A DNA stretch of 63,539 bases, counting the filler, from Octopus bimaculoides (lineage: Eukaryota): the NCBI RefSeq assembly GCF_001194135.2. It is 3 parts of 2 records of this genome, joined end to end, with 100 filler letters (N's around TTAATTAATTAA, not from the genome) between each part and the next. Parts side by side here need not be neighbours in the genome. Positions count along the whole stretch, not along the records: positions 19,524 to 42,647 come from NC_068986.1; 2 more parts are not named here. One strand, given 5' to 3'. This document shows, piece after piece, positions 25,893 through 39,043 of the stretch. Each line of letters begins with the position of its first letter. Position 1 is the stretch's first letter. Below the pieces are notes generated by a model that was not told the DNA's origin, made no database searches, and worked only from the letters and a program-made list of their open reading frames with translations. The translations under genes were made by a program, and so were the position numbers.

Positions 25893-26638
25893 ATATATAC
25901 ACACATACATATACACACACATATACACGCACACACGCACACACACATGCACACACACACACACACACACACACACCAGACACTTTACAAAGTACATTGT
26001 GTCTTTCTTTTGTCACTCTGTGTGTATTTTATGTACTGGATACATTTTATTATTATTATTATTGATGATTTGACTTCGGTTTTTTCTTACGTGGGTAGCA
26101 GGTTACTCCTGTAACCTTCGGTATCCACAATCTATCAATAGTCTTTCAAGTACTTAATACCCTCCTGATAATCTTTCCTGTCCCGAAGAATCAGAAGTAG
26201 TGGGGAGCATCATAGCCATGTGTTGAGAGGAATTCTTTGGGATTTGGATAATTCACCTCTGGAAACATGGGTGTTTTTTGTTCATCATCCTTAACCAGGG
26301 ACCTTTTGAGTGGGATGGGCTACTGGACTTGAAGAAAATTCTAATTGCTATTCATCTTGATATGGGATCACCATGTTGCACACACATGTTTGTGATGCAT
26401 GTGCCTGGTGTACCCTTATCAGACTGGTAGTCCTGATGGGTATAATGGGCTTCGTATGTTTTACCCCACTGTCACTTTGATGGCATGCACTGCTCTCTCA
26501 ATAACAATGATAATATATTTATTATGATGATCTCTTTCTTATTCTTTTACTCCTTTACTTGTCTCAGCCATCAGACTGTGGCCATGCTGGGGCACCACCA
26601 TATTTAATTTTTCCTAATTTAATGTCTGTCTCTTACAG

Positions 26639-26758
26639 GTTAACAAGATTATGAAATTATGTCCAGTTGAAAGTAACCATGGAACACTTAGATTGGATAG
26701 CCGGTCGCAGGATGTTATTATTGCTTTGGGTATATACCTATTAGAGTCTGGACTTCAG
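26639..26758 (+). CDS. PI4KA: PI4KA (phosphatidylinositol 4-kinase alpha) N-terminal coding exon, phase 0/0
   Basis: ttacag|..|gtatga, 120 nt. [40 protein letters not shown] versus recalled human [39 protein letters not shown]. Confidence 0.92.
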
Positions 26759-27743
26759 GTATGAACCTTTTTTTATGAATTTTTATTCATATGGTTGTGT
26801 GTTTAATGCAGTCTGAAGAATAAAACTGTACAATTATGGTTGTGCTCCCAAAGGAGGTTTTATCATTTAACTCCCCCCACTTTATGTAATCTAAGGTTTT
26901 CATGTATCTTTTCTGTAGCAAGGCACCTGTTCCTGTTTCTGTCATACTTTAACTTCTCAAAATCTAGAATAAATCCATCTCCTTCTTTATTAAAACCCCA
27001 CTAAGTTGAAGGGTCTCTTCCTTGTTAGTAATTTCAATAATGCTAGTATTGCCAAAAAAGTTTTTTAATGGTGGAACTTGAAGTAGATAAAGCTATTAAT
27101 AATAGCTTGTAGAGTATTGGTTTAAAATATCCACATGTAGTCTTCAATTCCATTTTTTTCTATAAGGGATTTTTTTAAACCCAATAATCTATTTATGATT
27201 TTATCTACTTTGAGTTCCACCGTTAAAAATAATTTATTTCATCTCTCTCAAAGTTTCTAAGTTCTTTTTACTGTAAATAATTTGCAATTCTTACTGGTAA
27301 GAATAATGCTTTCAAAATTGATGGAGAAGATTCAAAGTGTTGCTTTGGCATAATCTTTTATCTTTTACTTGTTTACATACAAGTGCCGATTGGTGACAGG
27401 AAGGGCATCCAGCTGCAGAAGATCTGCTTCACTGAATTCTGTCCAACTGATGCAAGTGTGAAAATATGGGTATTAAAATAATGAATGTCTAGAGAGAAAA
27501 TATTCAAATAATAGCAGTTCTGAGATGATAACGAGAAGAGAACAAGCCAGAGTAGTTAGTGTAGGCAGCAGGGAAGGTTGAGGGAAAGTATGCTGCTTAG
27601 AATAGATATGAGGATTAGCAACAGGAAAGGCATCCAGCCATAGAAAATGCACCTTGTAAGTATGGAAATGTTGACATTAAAACGATGATGATGATTATGT
27701 TTATTTGCTGGAGCTATATTCTTTCCTTTCTTCTTACTGACAG

Positions 27744-27837
27744 TATAAAGAAAAAATCCTACCATATTTGCTGAATGTTTTAAGAGACCTCCCTAAAGTT
27801 CAGTGGATTGATGGACCCAAAGGAACACAAAAACACA
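27744..27837 (+). CDS. PI4KA: PI4KA coding exon, phase 0/1
   Basis: tgacag|..|gtaagt, 94 nt. YKEKILPYLLNVLRDLPKVQWIDGPKGTQKH versus recalled human [21 protein letters not shown]. Confidence 0.92.
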
Positions 27838-28947
27838 GTAAGTCAGTTAAGAATTGTATTTTAAATGGTTGCAGTTCTGTCTGAAGAACTACCTTGATGC
27901 AGGTGTCAATGATGTTCTTTCTTGTGGTTAAATCAAAATGTTTCTATCATTTTTTGTATTAATTCAACACATCGATATACACATATACATACACATTTAC
28001 ACACATGCATGTTCACACATAAACACTCATGATTTGTGTGTTCGGAGCTATGTGATTCTGTTGACCACTTTCTTATCAAAGAAATTTGATTTTATGCCAA
28101 GTAAATGATTCCTTTTTTGTTGTTCTTTGTGACAAAACTCCCAAGACATTTTTCAAACTCTTGTGATATTGCCACACTAACATATAGATGTCAACTTATA
28201 ATTTCTATATTTTTGGAATATTTATAAATTTGGTCGAAATGGATTAATCTAATCATTTGTTTTAGTTAATAAATTAAGATTTAGTTTTCTTTAAGATGAC
28301 ATGAATCTTAATTTCTTTAAGGTTCTCAACTTGTACCAAGAAAATATTTTGGTTACATTTGAGTTTTTCGTGGATTATTGCAGTACAATTTACAAATCCA
28401 GTGATATTTGCATTATTAAGCAGTAATATCTAGAGCTGGACGGCATACCATGATGGCATTTTCTTGTTATGTAAGGGATTGTTTTAAAATTGTCTTCTAT
28501 AATTTTTACGTGTACAACTTTATATTGTTCTTATATTAGCCATGAGATTTCAGATACCCACATACATGGTTCAATATTGTGGTGAGTGATTATTTTACTT
28601 AGGTTTGTTTGTTTTTTTTTTAAATTTTAAAAATTATTTTCACATGTAAAAAAACCCCCCTGATTTCAATCCTGCTGCTATTTTAATTTGTATTTAAATT
28701 AATTAGCATTAATTATGTTGTCATGGGATTATTACAAGTTTACTAATACTCATAAAATCAATGTTCATATTATTGTAATTCCATTAGGACATAGTACCTC
28801 TCTCAGCATTCATACTCCAAACTATTATTTGCTTATGAAGAAATTTTTTCTTTTTTTGTTAACCTCTTCCCTAGAATAACTTTATATTTCACTCCAATTA
28901 ATTTATGCACATTTCATTTTTTTTTTCTTTTCTATAAAACTTTTCAG

Positions 28948-28983
28948 GACAGATAAAATATGAAAGTGGTGTTAAAAAATCAG
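28948..28983 (+). CDS. Candidate 36-nt frame-preserving cassette microexon of PI4KA (phase 1/1)
   Basis: Long pyrimidine tract ending ttttcag|, donor CAG|gtgggt, open in the PI4KA frame (RQIKYESGVKKS); no homology support. Confidence 0.35.
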
Positions 28984-29524
28984 GTGGGTTGACCTCCTTG
29001 CCGGCTGTTCTGTCTCAGTTACTTCCTCCCCCCTCTCTTTTCATTGTCACTGATTTCCCTATATCCTACTTCATTGACATGCTAGTTAAAGATAATGATC
29101 TCACTGTCAGTTTGCTGTGTCTCCTCCTAATGTTCAATTATTCCTAATAACATTAGTATAGAATTTCTTAGTCTTCACTAACCATTTCCCTTTAAAAAAA
29201 CAAAAAACAAACCTCAAAACTGTCTCCTCATTAGCAATTATTCCTAGCTATATTATAGTTAAGAATAAATTAGTGATTCTATGGCCTTAGTATTGCTATT
29301 CTCTGTTATTTACTGTCTGGTCATTCCTTAAATCCCTCTAGTTTTGCTTGATTTGATTTCAGTGTTGTATTAATTTGTGTTGTAATTGCTAAAATTTTCT
29401 AGATAAAATTCTAATATCAACCAATACTATTTTTTCAGCTGACATATTTCAAAACAATTTGCATGTTTGATTCACACTTAGGCATTATTAGTGATGGGAA
29501 CATTACATGCTATTTATTAGGTTC

Positions 29525-29935
29525 ATCACCATCGTTGTTGTTTAACGTCCACTTTCCATGCTGGCATGGGTTGGATGATTTGACTGAGGACTGGCGAACC
29601 AGAAGGCTGCACCAGGCTCCAATCTGATCTGGCAAAGTTTCTACAGCTGGATGCCCTTCCTAACGCCAACCACTCCAAGAGTGTAGCGGGTGCTTTTACG
29701 TGCCACCAGCACAAGGGCCAGTTACATGGTACTTGCAACAGCCATGCTCAAAAAGGTTTTTTTTTATGTGCCACTTGCACAGGAGCCAGTCCAGCAGCAC
29801 TGGCAACGACCTCGCTCGAATGATTTTTTAACGTGCCACCAGCACAAGCGCTAGAAGGCAACGCTGGTAACGATTATGCTCAAATAATGCTATTTACGAG
29901 CCACTAGCACGGAAGCCAGACAGCTGCTCTGGCAA
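29525..29935 (-). mobile_element. Family C element with modular 5' internal repeats (older copy)
   Basis: Reverse complement matches 39044-39456, including the gtgcgggtggcac modules. Confidence 0.8.
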
Positions 29936-30239
29936 TTCTATCAACTATTTCCTCAAGTACCATTGCCTATATTTTTTAACAGAGTGGAAGATTTTTTTCT
30001 GAAAGAAATTCCCAGTAAAAATTTAGCAGTAGTCCGAAGAATTCTCTTATATAGTTGGGGCAGGGTTTCCAAAGCTAGAAGAAGGATTCTGTCTGTTGTT
30101 TAGCCTCGAGTCAGCTTTGATCCAGTAGATCTTTGATGAAAGGCATAACAACCATGATCATCCAGTCCATTTGTGTATCTAGGATTACACTATCCACTGT
30201 GTCTTTGTTTTTGTTTTTAACATTGTATGGTGTGGTTTT

Positions 30240-30620
30240 ATTGAGATTTAACTGCTATATCTAGGCTCATTGATATTAGTTGTTGCATGAGGTGGTAAAA
30301 GTTTGAGAATGTAAAAGTCTGCAACTTTAAAATGAACCTCCACCAACTGCTCTGCCTATCTATCTGTGCACACCTTTCAATACCGTGTATGCCATAAGGT
30401 CCTTCAAATGTAATGGAGGCCTCAAAAGACATTTTAAGATCCACAAAGATTAGAACTTAACTGCAACTCTTGGTGCTCTAAATCAGATATGCAATCTGTG
30501 TGGGTGTCTTTTCAATACATTGTCTGGTTTAAAAAGCCACATCAGATGCCATGATCGATCTAAGGTGTAGGTACAGGAGGTGATCAGACTCTGCATAAGG
30601 AGTAGACACCCCCTTCCCCC
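30240..30620 (+). mobile_element. Decayed 3' end of an RTE-like LINE with two C2H2-type fingers
   Basis: Nucleotide homology to the reverse complement of 63280-63539 (tctgtgcacac..aatggaggcctcaaaagacat..aaatcag..gcaatctgtgtgggtgt..ctggtttaaaaagccacatcaga..aaggagtagaca). Confidence 0.7.
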
Positions 30621-30767
30621 CACATATCCTTATAGTCAACTTAAGATGCATTTCTTGTTAGAACACTGAATACTGCATCATTAGCATGTTCTGTTTGGTG
30701 TTCTAACAAGTATCCATGTTGAGTTTGATATAAAGATAACCTTTAGTATTAATACTGCTTCTGTCAC

Positions 30768-30802
<35 letters not shown>

Positions 30803-30964
30803 NNNNNNNNNNATATATATATATATATAATGATGGCTCTGAGGAAGGTACAAGTTGTTGCACAATCACTTATCTCTGATTGCAACACAGAAACAGCTGT
30901 AAGCTAATGAATATGATTACATAACTTGTTTTGTGATTCATTAATAAGCAAAACCATAAAATGT

Positions 30965-31210
30965 GACGCCATATGGCCTAGTAGTTAGGGTGCTGCACTC
31001 ACAATCCAATATTGTGGTTTCAATCCTCAGACTTAGTGGTATGTTGTATTCTTGAGCAACACACTTCATTTTCTATTGCACTGTGATCATTTCAACATCT
31101 GATATTGTGTACTGTGCACCTGTCCAATCAACACCAATTTGATGGAGGGACTGAGCTCATACAGGGGACAAACATTTGATCACTTCAAACAAATCTGTGC
31201 AGACTGTTCA
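30965..31210 (+). mobile_element. tRNA-derived SINE family D
   Basis: tggcctagtagttagggtgctgcactcac..gtggtttcaatcc..ttcttgagcaa.acacttcattt; second copy at 41960-42200. Confidence 0.7.
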
Positions 31211-32380
31211 ACAAAAACTTGTGGAATTGTCTTTTTTGAACTTGAAAAACTACCAAGAACATTAATAAGCACCATGTTATTGTTTAGAATCTCTCAGTTA
31301 TGCTTATGATTAACAACAGTATTCAAAAGTTAGCGACTCAATTTGTGATTATGAAACTAATAGTAAAGCTACAAGCTTTTCAATGTTGAAGCTGAATCTT
31401 TGCCATTATCTCTCAGTGAAGTTGCTTTGGTCTTATAATGTTCTATGTTGAAGAATTATTGTGTGGGGTTTCTACCATATTTTGTACAACTGTTGCAAGG
31501 TGTGATGTAATTTCTGCTTTGCCTTCAAAATGTGGTATATTCTTTGTAGAGAAAGTCTTGTTGTGCTTGTAAAATATATATGCCTTGCTTAGTTAATGGA
31601 GGATGTTGTTAACGAGCCATGAAATATATATCAAGCTATAAATTTTTATTATGTTTTCTATTGTTAAAAGCATTGTTTTTGAGGTTGAATGATTGCCAGA
31701 TTGTGCATGGTAAGCGATACAAACCTGTCTAATTATTGGACTATCCAAGCATAAAACTTGTAGCTCATGTATAACTCTGGTAATCATTAAAAGATAAATA
31801 TATGTGTGTATATAGACACACATGACGTTAATTAATTTGAGCAAGATAATACATGAAACATTTACTGTTGTTGAAAAAATACAGCATACTGTATACAAAT
31901 GCTCTGAAGAATTTAGACAAGAGCTAACAAAGTAGAATGACGAAAGGAAAAAATAAAATTTATTAAGGTTCTGTGATGTTTAGTTTCAATTGTATTTGTC
32001 CATCTTTATGTTCTGAGTTCAAACTCTGCTGAGGTCAACTTTGCCTTTCATCCCTTCGGGGTCGATAAAATAAGTACTTGTTGAGCACTGGGGTCAGTGT
32101 AATTGACTAACTCCCTCCCCCCCAATTTCAGGCCTTGTGCCTATAGTAGAAAGGATTATTATTATTAAGGCAGCAAACTGGCTGAACCATTAGCATGCTG
32201 GACAAAATACTTAGCAGTATTTCACTTGTTACTACATTGTGAGTTCAAATTCCGCCGAGGTTGACTTTGCCTTTCATCCTTTCAGGGTCAGTAAAATAAG
32301 TAACAGTTGAAGACTGGGACCACTGTAACTGACTTGTCCCCTTGCCCAAAATTGCTGCCCTTGTGGCAAAATTTTGAAAG

Positions 32381-32421
<41 letters not shown>

Positions 32422-32918
32422 NNNNNNNNNNNNNNNNNNNNNNNNNNNNNNNNNNNNNNNNNNNNNNNNNNNNNNNNNNNNNNNNNNNNNNNNNNNNNNN
32501 NNNNNNNNNNNNNNNNNNNNNNNNNNNNNNNNNNNNNNNNNNNNNNNNNNNNNNNNNNNNNNNNNNNNNNNNNNNNNNNNNNNNNNNNNNNNNNNNNNNN
32601 NNNNNNNNNNNNNNNNNNNNNNNNNNNNNNNNNNNNNNNNNNNNNNNNNNNNNNNNNNNNNNNNNNNNNNNNNNNNNNNNNNNNNNNNNNNNNNNNNNNN
32701 NNNNNNNNNNNNNNNNNNNNNNNNNNNNNNNNNNNNNNNNNNNNNNNNNNNNNNNNNNNNNNNNNNNNNNTGTTAAATATTGAACAATGATTTAGACATT
32801 AAAATTATGATTATCAAAAATAAAGAAATCATTATTTTTGTTTTTGTTGTTATATTTACTTCTATGACTTTCCAGGCTTTAATAAATCTGAGAACCAAGT
32901 GAAATTAACAGGTCAGTT

Positions 32919-32963
<45 letters not shown>

Positions 32964-34163
32964 TGTTCTCCTACACAATTCCTGGCTTCCACTTGCCCTC
33001 TGCTCACAGTTCTGTTCTAATCAGCTTGTGTCTGCTGCCTTGTTCCTTGTAATGATTCCTTGATACCAAATCTATCTGATCCAAATCCTAAAACTGTTTT
33101 TCCCAAACATCCTTACTACCAGAAAGTTATAACAGTCTTATTGATTAGTTTGTGTTTAACAACCCCATCCTATATTATTATTATTATTATTATTATGTAA
33201 ACAGTTGTTGCTACTATTGTTGTTGTTTTCCAGCTGTAACTATAGAAACGGACACCATGTTTCTTTGGAATTCGACAGTTCATGTTGTCTCAAAACGAAA
33301 CTCATTTTCATTTTGTTCTTTGCAAATAGAAATAATTAAGAGAATACAGTTTTTATTTATTGTTTTGGTATTTTATTTGTTGTACCTTTGAAAGTATTTA
33401 GATATTAACCTGAAAGGAGGTGGTGTGTGAGGAAAGTGAAATATTTTAATTATTTTTAATTTATTTCTTCAAATAACTAATATTTAAGAATTTATTTGAA
33501 ATGTAAAGTAGCTTCAAAACTACTCATGAAAATAAGATTTAAATTCTAATTCACTTTGTTTTCGCTGTGAATCCTTTTTATAATTATCTTGCAAACTAAA
33601 AATCAAACCCCAAAACCTATTCAGGAAAATCTCTTGAAGTTCTGGGTTTTCATGACTAGGATTAGGGTTACATAAGGTTGTAGTGTTGATGAAAATTAGA
33701 TTTTATGTCAAACAGCAGAGTTTGTATGAGAGTTTGGTTAGTTGATTTGTCTTGAGGAGTGAAAATCTAGTTTTGGGTACTTTCCTTTATTTGATAATTG
33801 GGTATTGTTATGGACATTGGGCAGTTGTTTATGGAGCCTGTCACCTAACATATACCACAGTGCTTTCATATTATGCAATATATTAAGTTGGAGGAAGAAG
33901 TTCTACTCTCGTTCAGTTTGTCTCAGACATGTTATAGTTGAATGAAATATCAATTTGCTGTATCTCTATTTTGTCCGCTCATGTATTTTATTTTCAACAT
34001 TTTCTTTAACATTACATATGTCATCTAAACACGAAATAGTATGATGACTACTAATCTTCTAGTGGAATCCATTGAAATGTTGATAAACATGGATCTGAGA
34101 ACTTTATTCTTTCAAAGTAACAATAAAATGAAATCTGGTTCTATATTTAAGAGATGAGGAATT

Positions 34164-34470
34164 ATTTACATTTGATGGATATTTGTCCTCATCTTGTTTG
34201 TTGTTAACTCAACATTTCGGCTGATATACCCTCCAGTCTTCATCAGGTGTCTTGGGGAAATTTCGAACCTGGGTTCTCATTCCTAAGGTATTTTTTGATA
34301 TTATTATTCATGTCACTGCCTGGAATCGAACTAGGAATTTTGGGGTTAGTAGCCCACACTCTTAACCACTATGCTATATGCCCGTGATGAAGGCTGGAGG
34401 GTATATCAGCCAAAACGTTGTGTTAACAACAAACAAGATGAGGACAAATATACATCAAATGTAAATAATG
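34164..34470 (-). mobile_element. Family E: tRNA-like head + hammerhead-like motif, with an inverted copy of its own 3' part at the 5' end
   Basis: Minus strand from 34384: head gggcatatagcatagtggttaagag..agttcgattccaggc, then caagacacCTGATGAagactg..cagccGAAA. The segment 34385-34465 is an approximately 80-bp inverted repeat of 34164-34245. Confidence 0.8.
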
Positions 34471-37289
34471 TAAACAATGAAAATGAAATCTGTCGGGGTT
34501 TTAAATGTCCTGCTGTGAATTTTGGGAATAGACAAATAATCTATTTCTGGAAAATGATGAAACATTCTTAACTTATAAACCTTTACTAAACCAACCCAGA
34601 GATCAGGGACTGACAGAAAAGCATGCAAAAACTGCATGAACTTTCTATTCTTTCCGAAATTGAGTCATAACGTTCATATTTTTTTTGTTAAAGAGAGTGA
34701 GTAATGTGGGAGAAGAGATGTAGAGGGAGCTAAAACTAATAATATAAACTAATAATGTAGTTTACATTGAGTTAGATCTGCTGAAACAAAGCTCTTTATT
34801 TCCATCTCTCATCATCTCTGTTGTTTGTCTACAAACTTCTTGAGACAGCCACAAATGTTTTCATTCTTTACCCTTATTTCAAGCCTGTTGTTATTACATT
34901 TAATTCTTCTCCTTTGTACAAGAACACCTCCATCTTTACTACCTCTGTTTGTAATTCATAAACTACCTGACGTTCCTACAAAATCAACAAATTCAACAAT
35001 TAATAAACTTATCTGGCTGCCGACTGTGAATTGCCTTCTGTCTTTTTTTTGTTCTGCATGAATAGCAGATTAATTCACCACTTTTGTGTTTTAAATCTTA
35101 AAAACAAAAACATTATTTCAATTGAATAAACATTTGATGAATTCATTTGTGAGTGTCTTGCTTAGTAGAGCTATAACTGTTCTTGGTGTTTACTCACCAG
35201 TCAGGTCAGTCCTCGTTGAGCAGACCAGTGATTAAAGACATGCCAGACGTGACCATCCTGTCTCATTCAGATATAATGGATCTGGGATGACATTTATTTA
35301 ATATACTTTTATTTTTAAAAGAGATTGGGTGTTGTTTGAGAGAGATTTGGCTGCTAGGTCAAGCAGGTTGAACAACTACATATGTAGGGTTTCTGTCACT
35401 GGCTTGAGAGGAGCCATTGTAGTGTTTGGAGAAACAATGGCCCTGTCCACACTGCTTTTGTTTGCTATGTAGGCAGCATCATTTGTTCTTTAATAGAAAC
35501 ACACATGCGTCATTACACATAGATGCACAGGTCATCCAGTAATCCCAAGTTGCATTAGTTGCAACTGAAAGAGTTGCCATGCTTCCTGCTTCAAATTGTG
35601 CTGGAATGAGATGCAACTACAAATTAAAAAGAAAAAAGAAACAAGATTATGGTTAGGATTTGCAGATATAAGCCCCTGCGATGTAAAAGAGGCTGAGATA
35701 TATATCCTTTATCATTTACTTGTTCCAGTCATTAGACCATGGTCATGCTGGAGTACCTGCTTGAAGAAGGTTTAGCCAAATGAATTGACCCCAGTAATAA
35801 TTTTTTAAGATTGGTACTTATTCTATCAGTTTCTTTTGCTGAATTGCTAAGTTACGGGGATGTAAACACACCAACACCAGTTGTCACAGTGGTGAGGGAC
35901 AAACTCACGCACATACACACACACAACAGGCTTCTTTCAGTTTCTGTCTACAAAATCCACTCACTAAACTTTGGTCAGGAGAAGACACTTGCCGAATGTG
36001 TCATGGAGTGGGATTAAACTTGGAATCATGTGGTTGGGAAGCAAGCTTCTTACCACATAGCCATGCCTAGGCCTATGAGCCACATACAGACATGTTTGAC
36101 TGCAGAATTAATTCTGGTAGTTCTTACATCATTTTGTATACAGTCATAGACAGCAATTTAGCTTGCATCGCACCTCATTTTGAGTACATGGTATTGACAA
36201 GTTACAAAAGCATCAAAACATCAATGTATATTACTCCTGAATGGGATCTAATGAGAGTTATCTCATTTGTATATGACTTACATGTGTTTTAACACCAGGC
36301 ACATTGATGAGAATATATTCTCTTATGTTTATAAGCACAGCCTACCCATGAACTAGCAAAATGCATACTTTGTGTATGTGTTTTCAATGTTGTTCTGTGA
36401 GCTGGCAGAATCGTTAGCACGCTGGGCGAAATGCTTAGCAGTCTTTTGTCTGCCGTTACATTCTGAGTTCAAATTCCACTGAGGTCGACTTTGCCTTTCA
36501 TCCTTTTGGGGTTGATTGATTAAGTACCAGTTACACACTGGGGGTTGATGTAATCGACTTAATCCCTTTGTCTGTTTTTGTTTGTCCCTGCCTCTATGTT
36601 TAGCCCCCTGTAGGCAATAATGAAATAAAAAATATTGTTTATATATTCATGTATGTGTGCATACTCACACACACACATGCCAACTACTTTACAATACACA
36701 TTTTAAAGTGGTTGAGATCAGGAAGGGTGTCCCACCACTAGAGGACAATGCAGTCCTGGCACCAGGACTGTCAAACCAGCCAGCCCATGCCAGTAGAGAA
36801 CATGCTCATTAAAAGATGATGATGCTATATAGTGTGTATCTATGCACACATACACTCATGCATCATCATCATCTCAAAAGCTTTAGTTCTATGAATTTTA
36901 AAGCTGTATAGTTGAGTATATCATGACTTATTTTTTTAATATTTCATTTATCTTTTCAACGCTGACTTTGGCTAAAGTATTTTTTTTTCTCTTTTAAACC
37001 TTCAAACTCTGAACGATATTACATTCATCTCATGCACATACTGTCATCCCAAGTTGCTTCTTGTGCTGTCATTGTCATCAGCAATCAGTATCATTAATTG
37101 CTTTGTCTGTTTGTTTGTTTGTTCATTGTATTGTTTGTTTTCTGTCTCTCATATTTACATAAAATGTACAAACACAAATATTTCATTAAATCATATATCA
37201 TTCTCATGTTGAAGTTGAACAACTCTTAACACACTTTCTGTGCTCATACCTTGAACATCAAACTGTGTGTGTATGTATGTATGTATGTA

Positions 37290-37359
<70 letters not shown>

Positions 37360-37699
37360 GTTGTTGTTGCTGCTGTCTCAACTGTTGCTGTGTCTGAGCC
37401 GTTTGATGTATTGACTCTAAGGCAGTTTGACTGGTGGATATAGCTAGGTTTCATCAAATCATGCTTCATTGCCTGCCGTTGGTATGTTTTGATCTGTTAT
37501 TGTTCTATTGACATGCTCAATCAACATTCATTATATCTAATAAACTATTGCTTGATTTTTTTTTTTTTTTTGAAATGTGTAAGCAATTTCTGTTCATTTA
37601 TCTTCTGATGTTTGTCTTACTAATGTTTCATCATTTATTACCCATCATATTGGTTTGTCTAACCTATGTGTTTGTTCGTAGCTGCATTTCTGACCAGTA

Positions 37700-37915
37700 A
37701 TTGCCTGCTCTATAGATCTGTTTGGTAACATCGCCTGCTCTGTTACTATTGCAAGCAGCATTGTCTTCTCTGTCAGTATTGCTAGCAACATTGCCTGCCC
37801 TATCGGTGTTGCTAGCAAAATTGCCTGCTCTGTTAGTGTTGCTAGCAACATTACTTGCTCTCCCACTATCTCGTTGCCTGTTCTGGTGATGTGATCAGGA
37901 ACATTGCCTAATTTG
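37700..37915 (+). repeat. 30-bp minisatellite, about 7 degenerate copies
   Basis: Unit about attgcctgctctgttagtgttgctagcaac; 10-aa periodicity in the minus-strand ORF 37645-37866. Confidence 0.85.
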
Positions 37916-37989
37916 TCAATGGAATTGCAGAATATTTACTTTCTGTTTTTGTATGAATGTTAAAAAAAATTGCTTGTCATCTTTAAATA

Positions 37990-38500
37990 TCTAACCATCC
38001 AATGTCTGTTGTGTCACCATTTCTGATCAACCAATGTCTGTTGTGTCATCTAACCATCCAATGTCTGTTGTGTCACCATTTCTGATCAACCAATGTCTGT
38101 TGTGTCATATCTGACCAACCAATGTCTGTTGTGTTGTCTCCAATGTCTATTGTGTTACTGTGTCTGACCAACTAATGTCTATTGTGTCACTGTATGTGAC
38201 CAACCAATGTCTGTTATGTCACCATATCTGACCAACCAATGTCTGTTGTGTCACCATTTCTGATCAATCAATGTCTGTTGTGTCATGTCTGACCAACCAA
38301 TGTCTGTTATGTCACCATATCTGATCAACCAATGTCCAATGTGTCATGTCTGACCAACCAATGTCTGTTGTGTTGTCTTGCCAACCAATGTCTATTGTGT
38401 CACAGTGTCTGACCAACTAATGTCTTTTATGTCACCGTATCTGACCAACCCATGTCTGTTTGTTGTTGTCTGTTGTGTCACAATGCCAGACCAACCAGTG
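37990..38500 (+). repeat. About 32-bp minisatellite with 27-29-bp deletion variants, roughly 16 copies
   Basis: Unit about tctgaccaaccaatgtctgttgtgtcaccata; no unique spacers. Confidence 0.9.
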
Positions 38501-39043
38501 TTTGTTTTTTTAATTTTTTTGCTGTGACCAATCAATGATTGTGTGATTAATGTATCTTGCAAACCACCACTTGTATTGCCATAAAGTCTCTTTGAACTAT
38601 AATCTATGTCATCAAACTAATAATGTACTCATCTCTTTTTTCCTCAGCCAAGTTCTACATTTCTTAGAGAAAAAAGAATCATTCTCACAGAACTATTAGC
38701 AGCTCTCACGTTTCCATCACCCTCACCCACCCACACACACACACATACAAACAATCTCTCATTTATATACATACACATTGATATATACACACATGTATAC
38801 ACTCTCACTTCATAACATATTTATTCACTTTATTCCATTATTGCATGTTCTGTTCAGTTATTGCCATATCTCTCAACCATCTCTTCTATATTACAACTGC
38901 CTCTCAACCACTGTGGAATGACAGAAAGTCCTTTTCTATGTGCATATGTGTATTTGTATATATATATATGTATCTAGAGAGTGATCAATAAAACATGGAA
39001 CAATCCATCAAGGGGCTCTTTTCCCCCCTTTATTCCCATATCA

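Noticed and set aside
34310-34384. Functional tRNA genes at SINE heads (also about 31000, 41970, 42950)
   Set aside because: A/B boxes are present but there is no complete cloverleaf or acceptor stem; they continue into repeat bodies.
37990-38500. CRISPR-like appearance of the approximately 32-bp array
   Set aside because: Contiguous degenerate units without unique spacers, no cas genes, eukaryotic intron.
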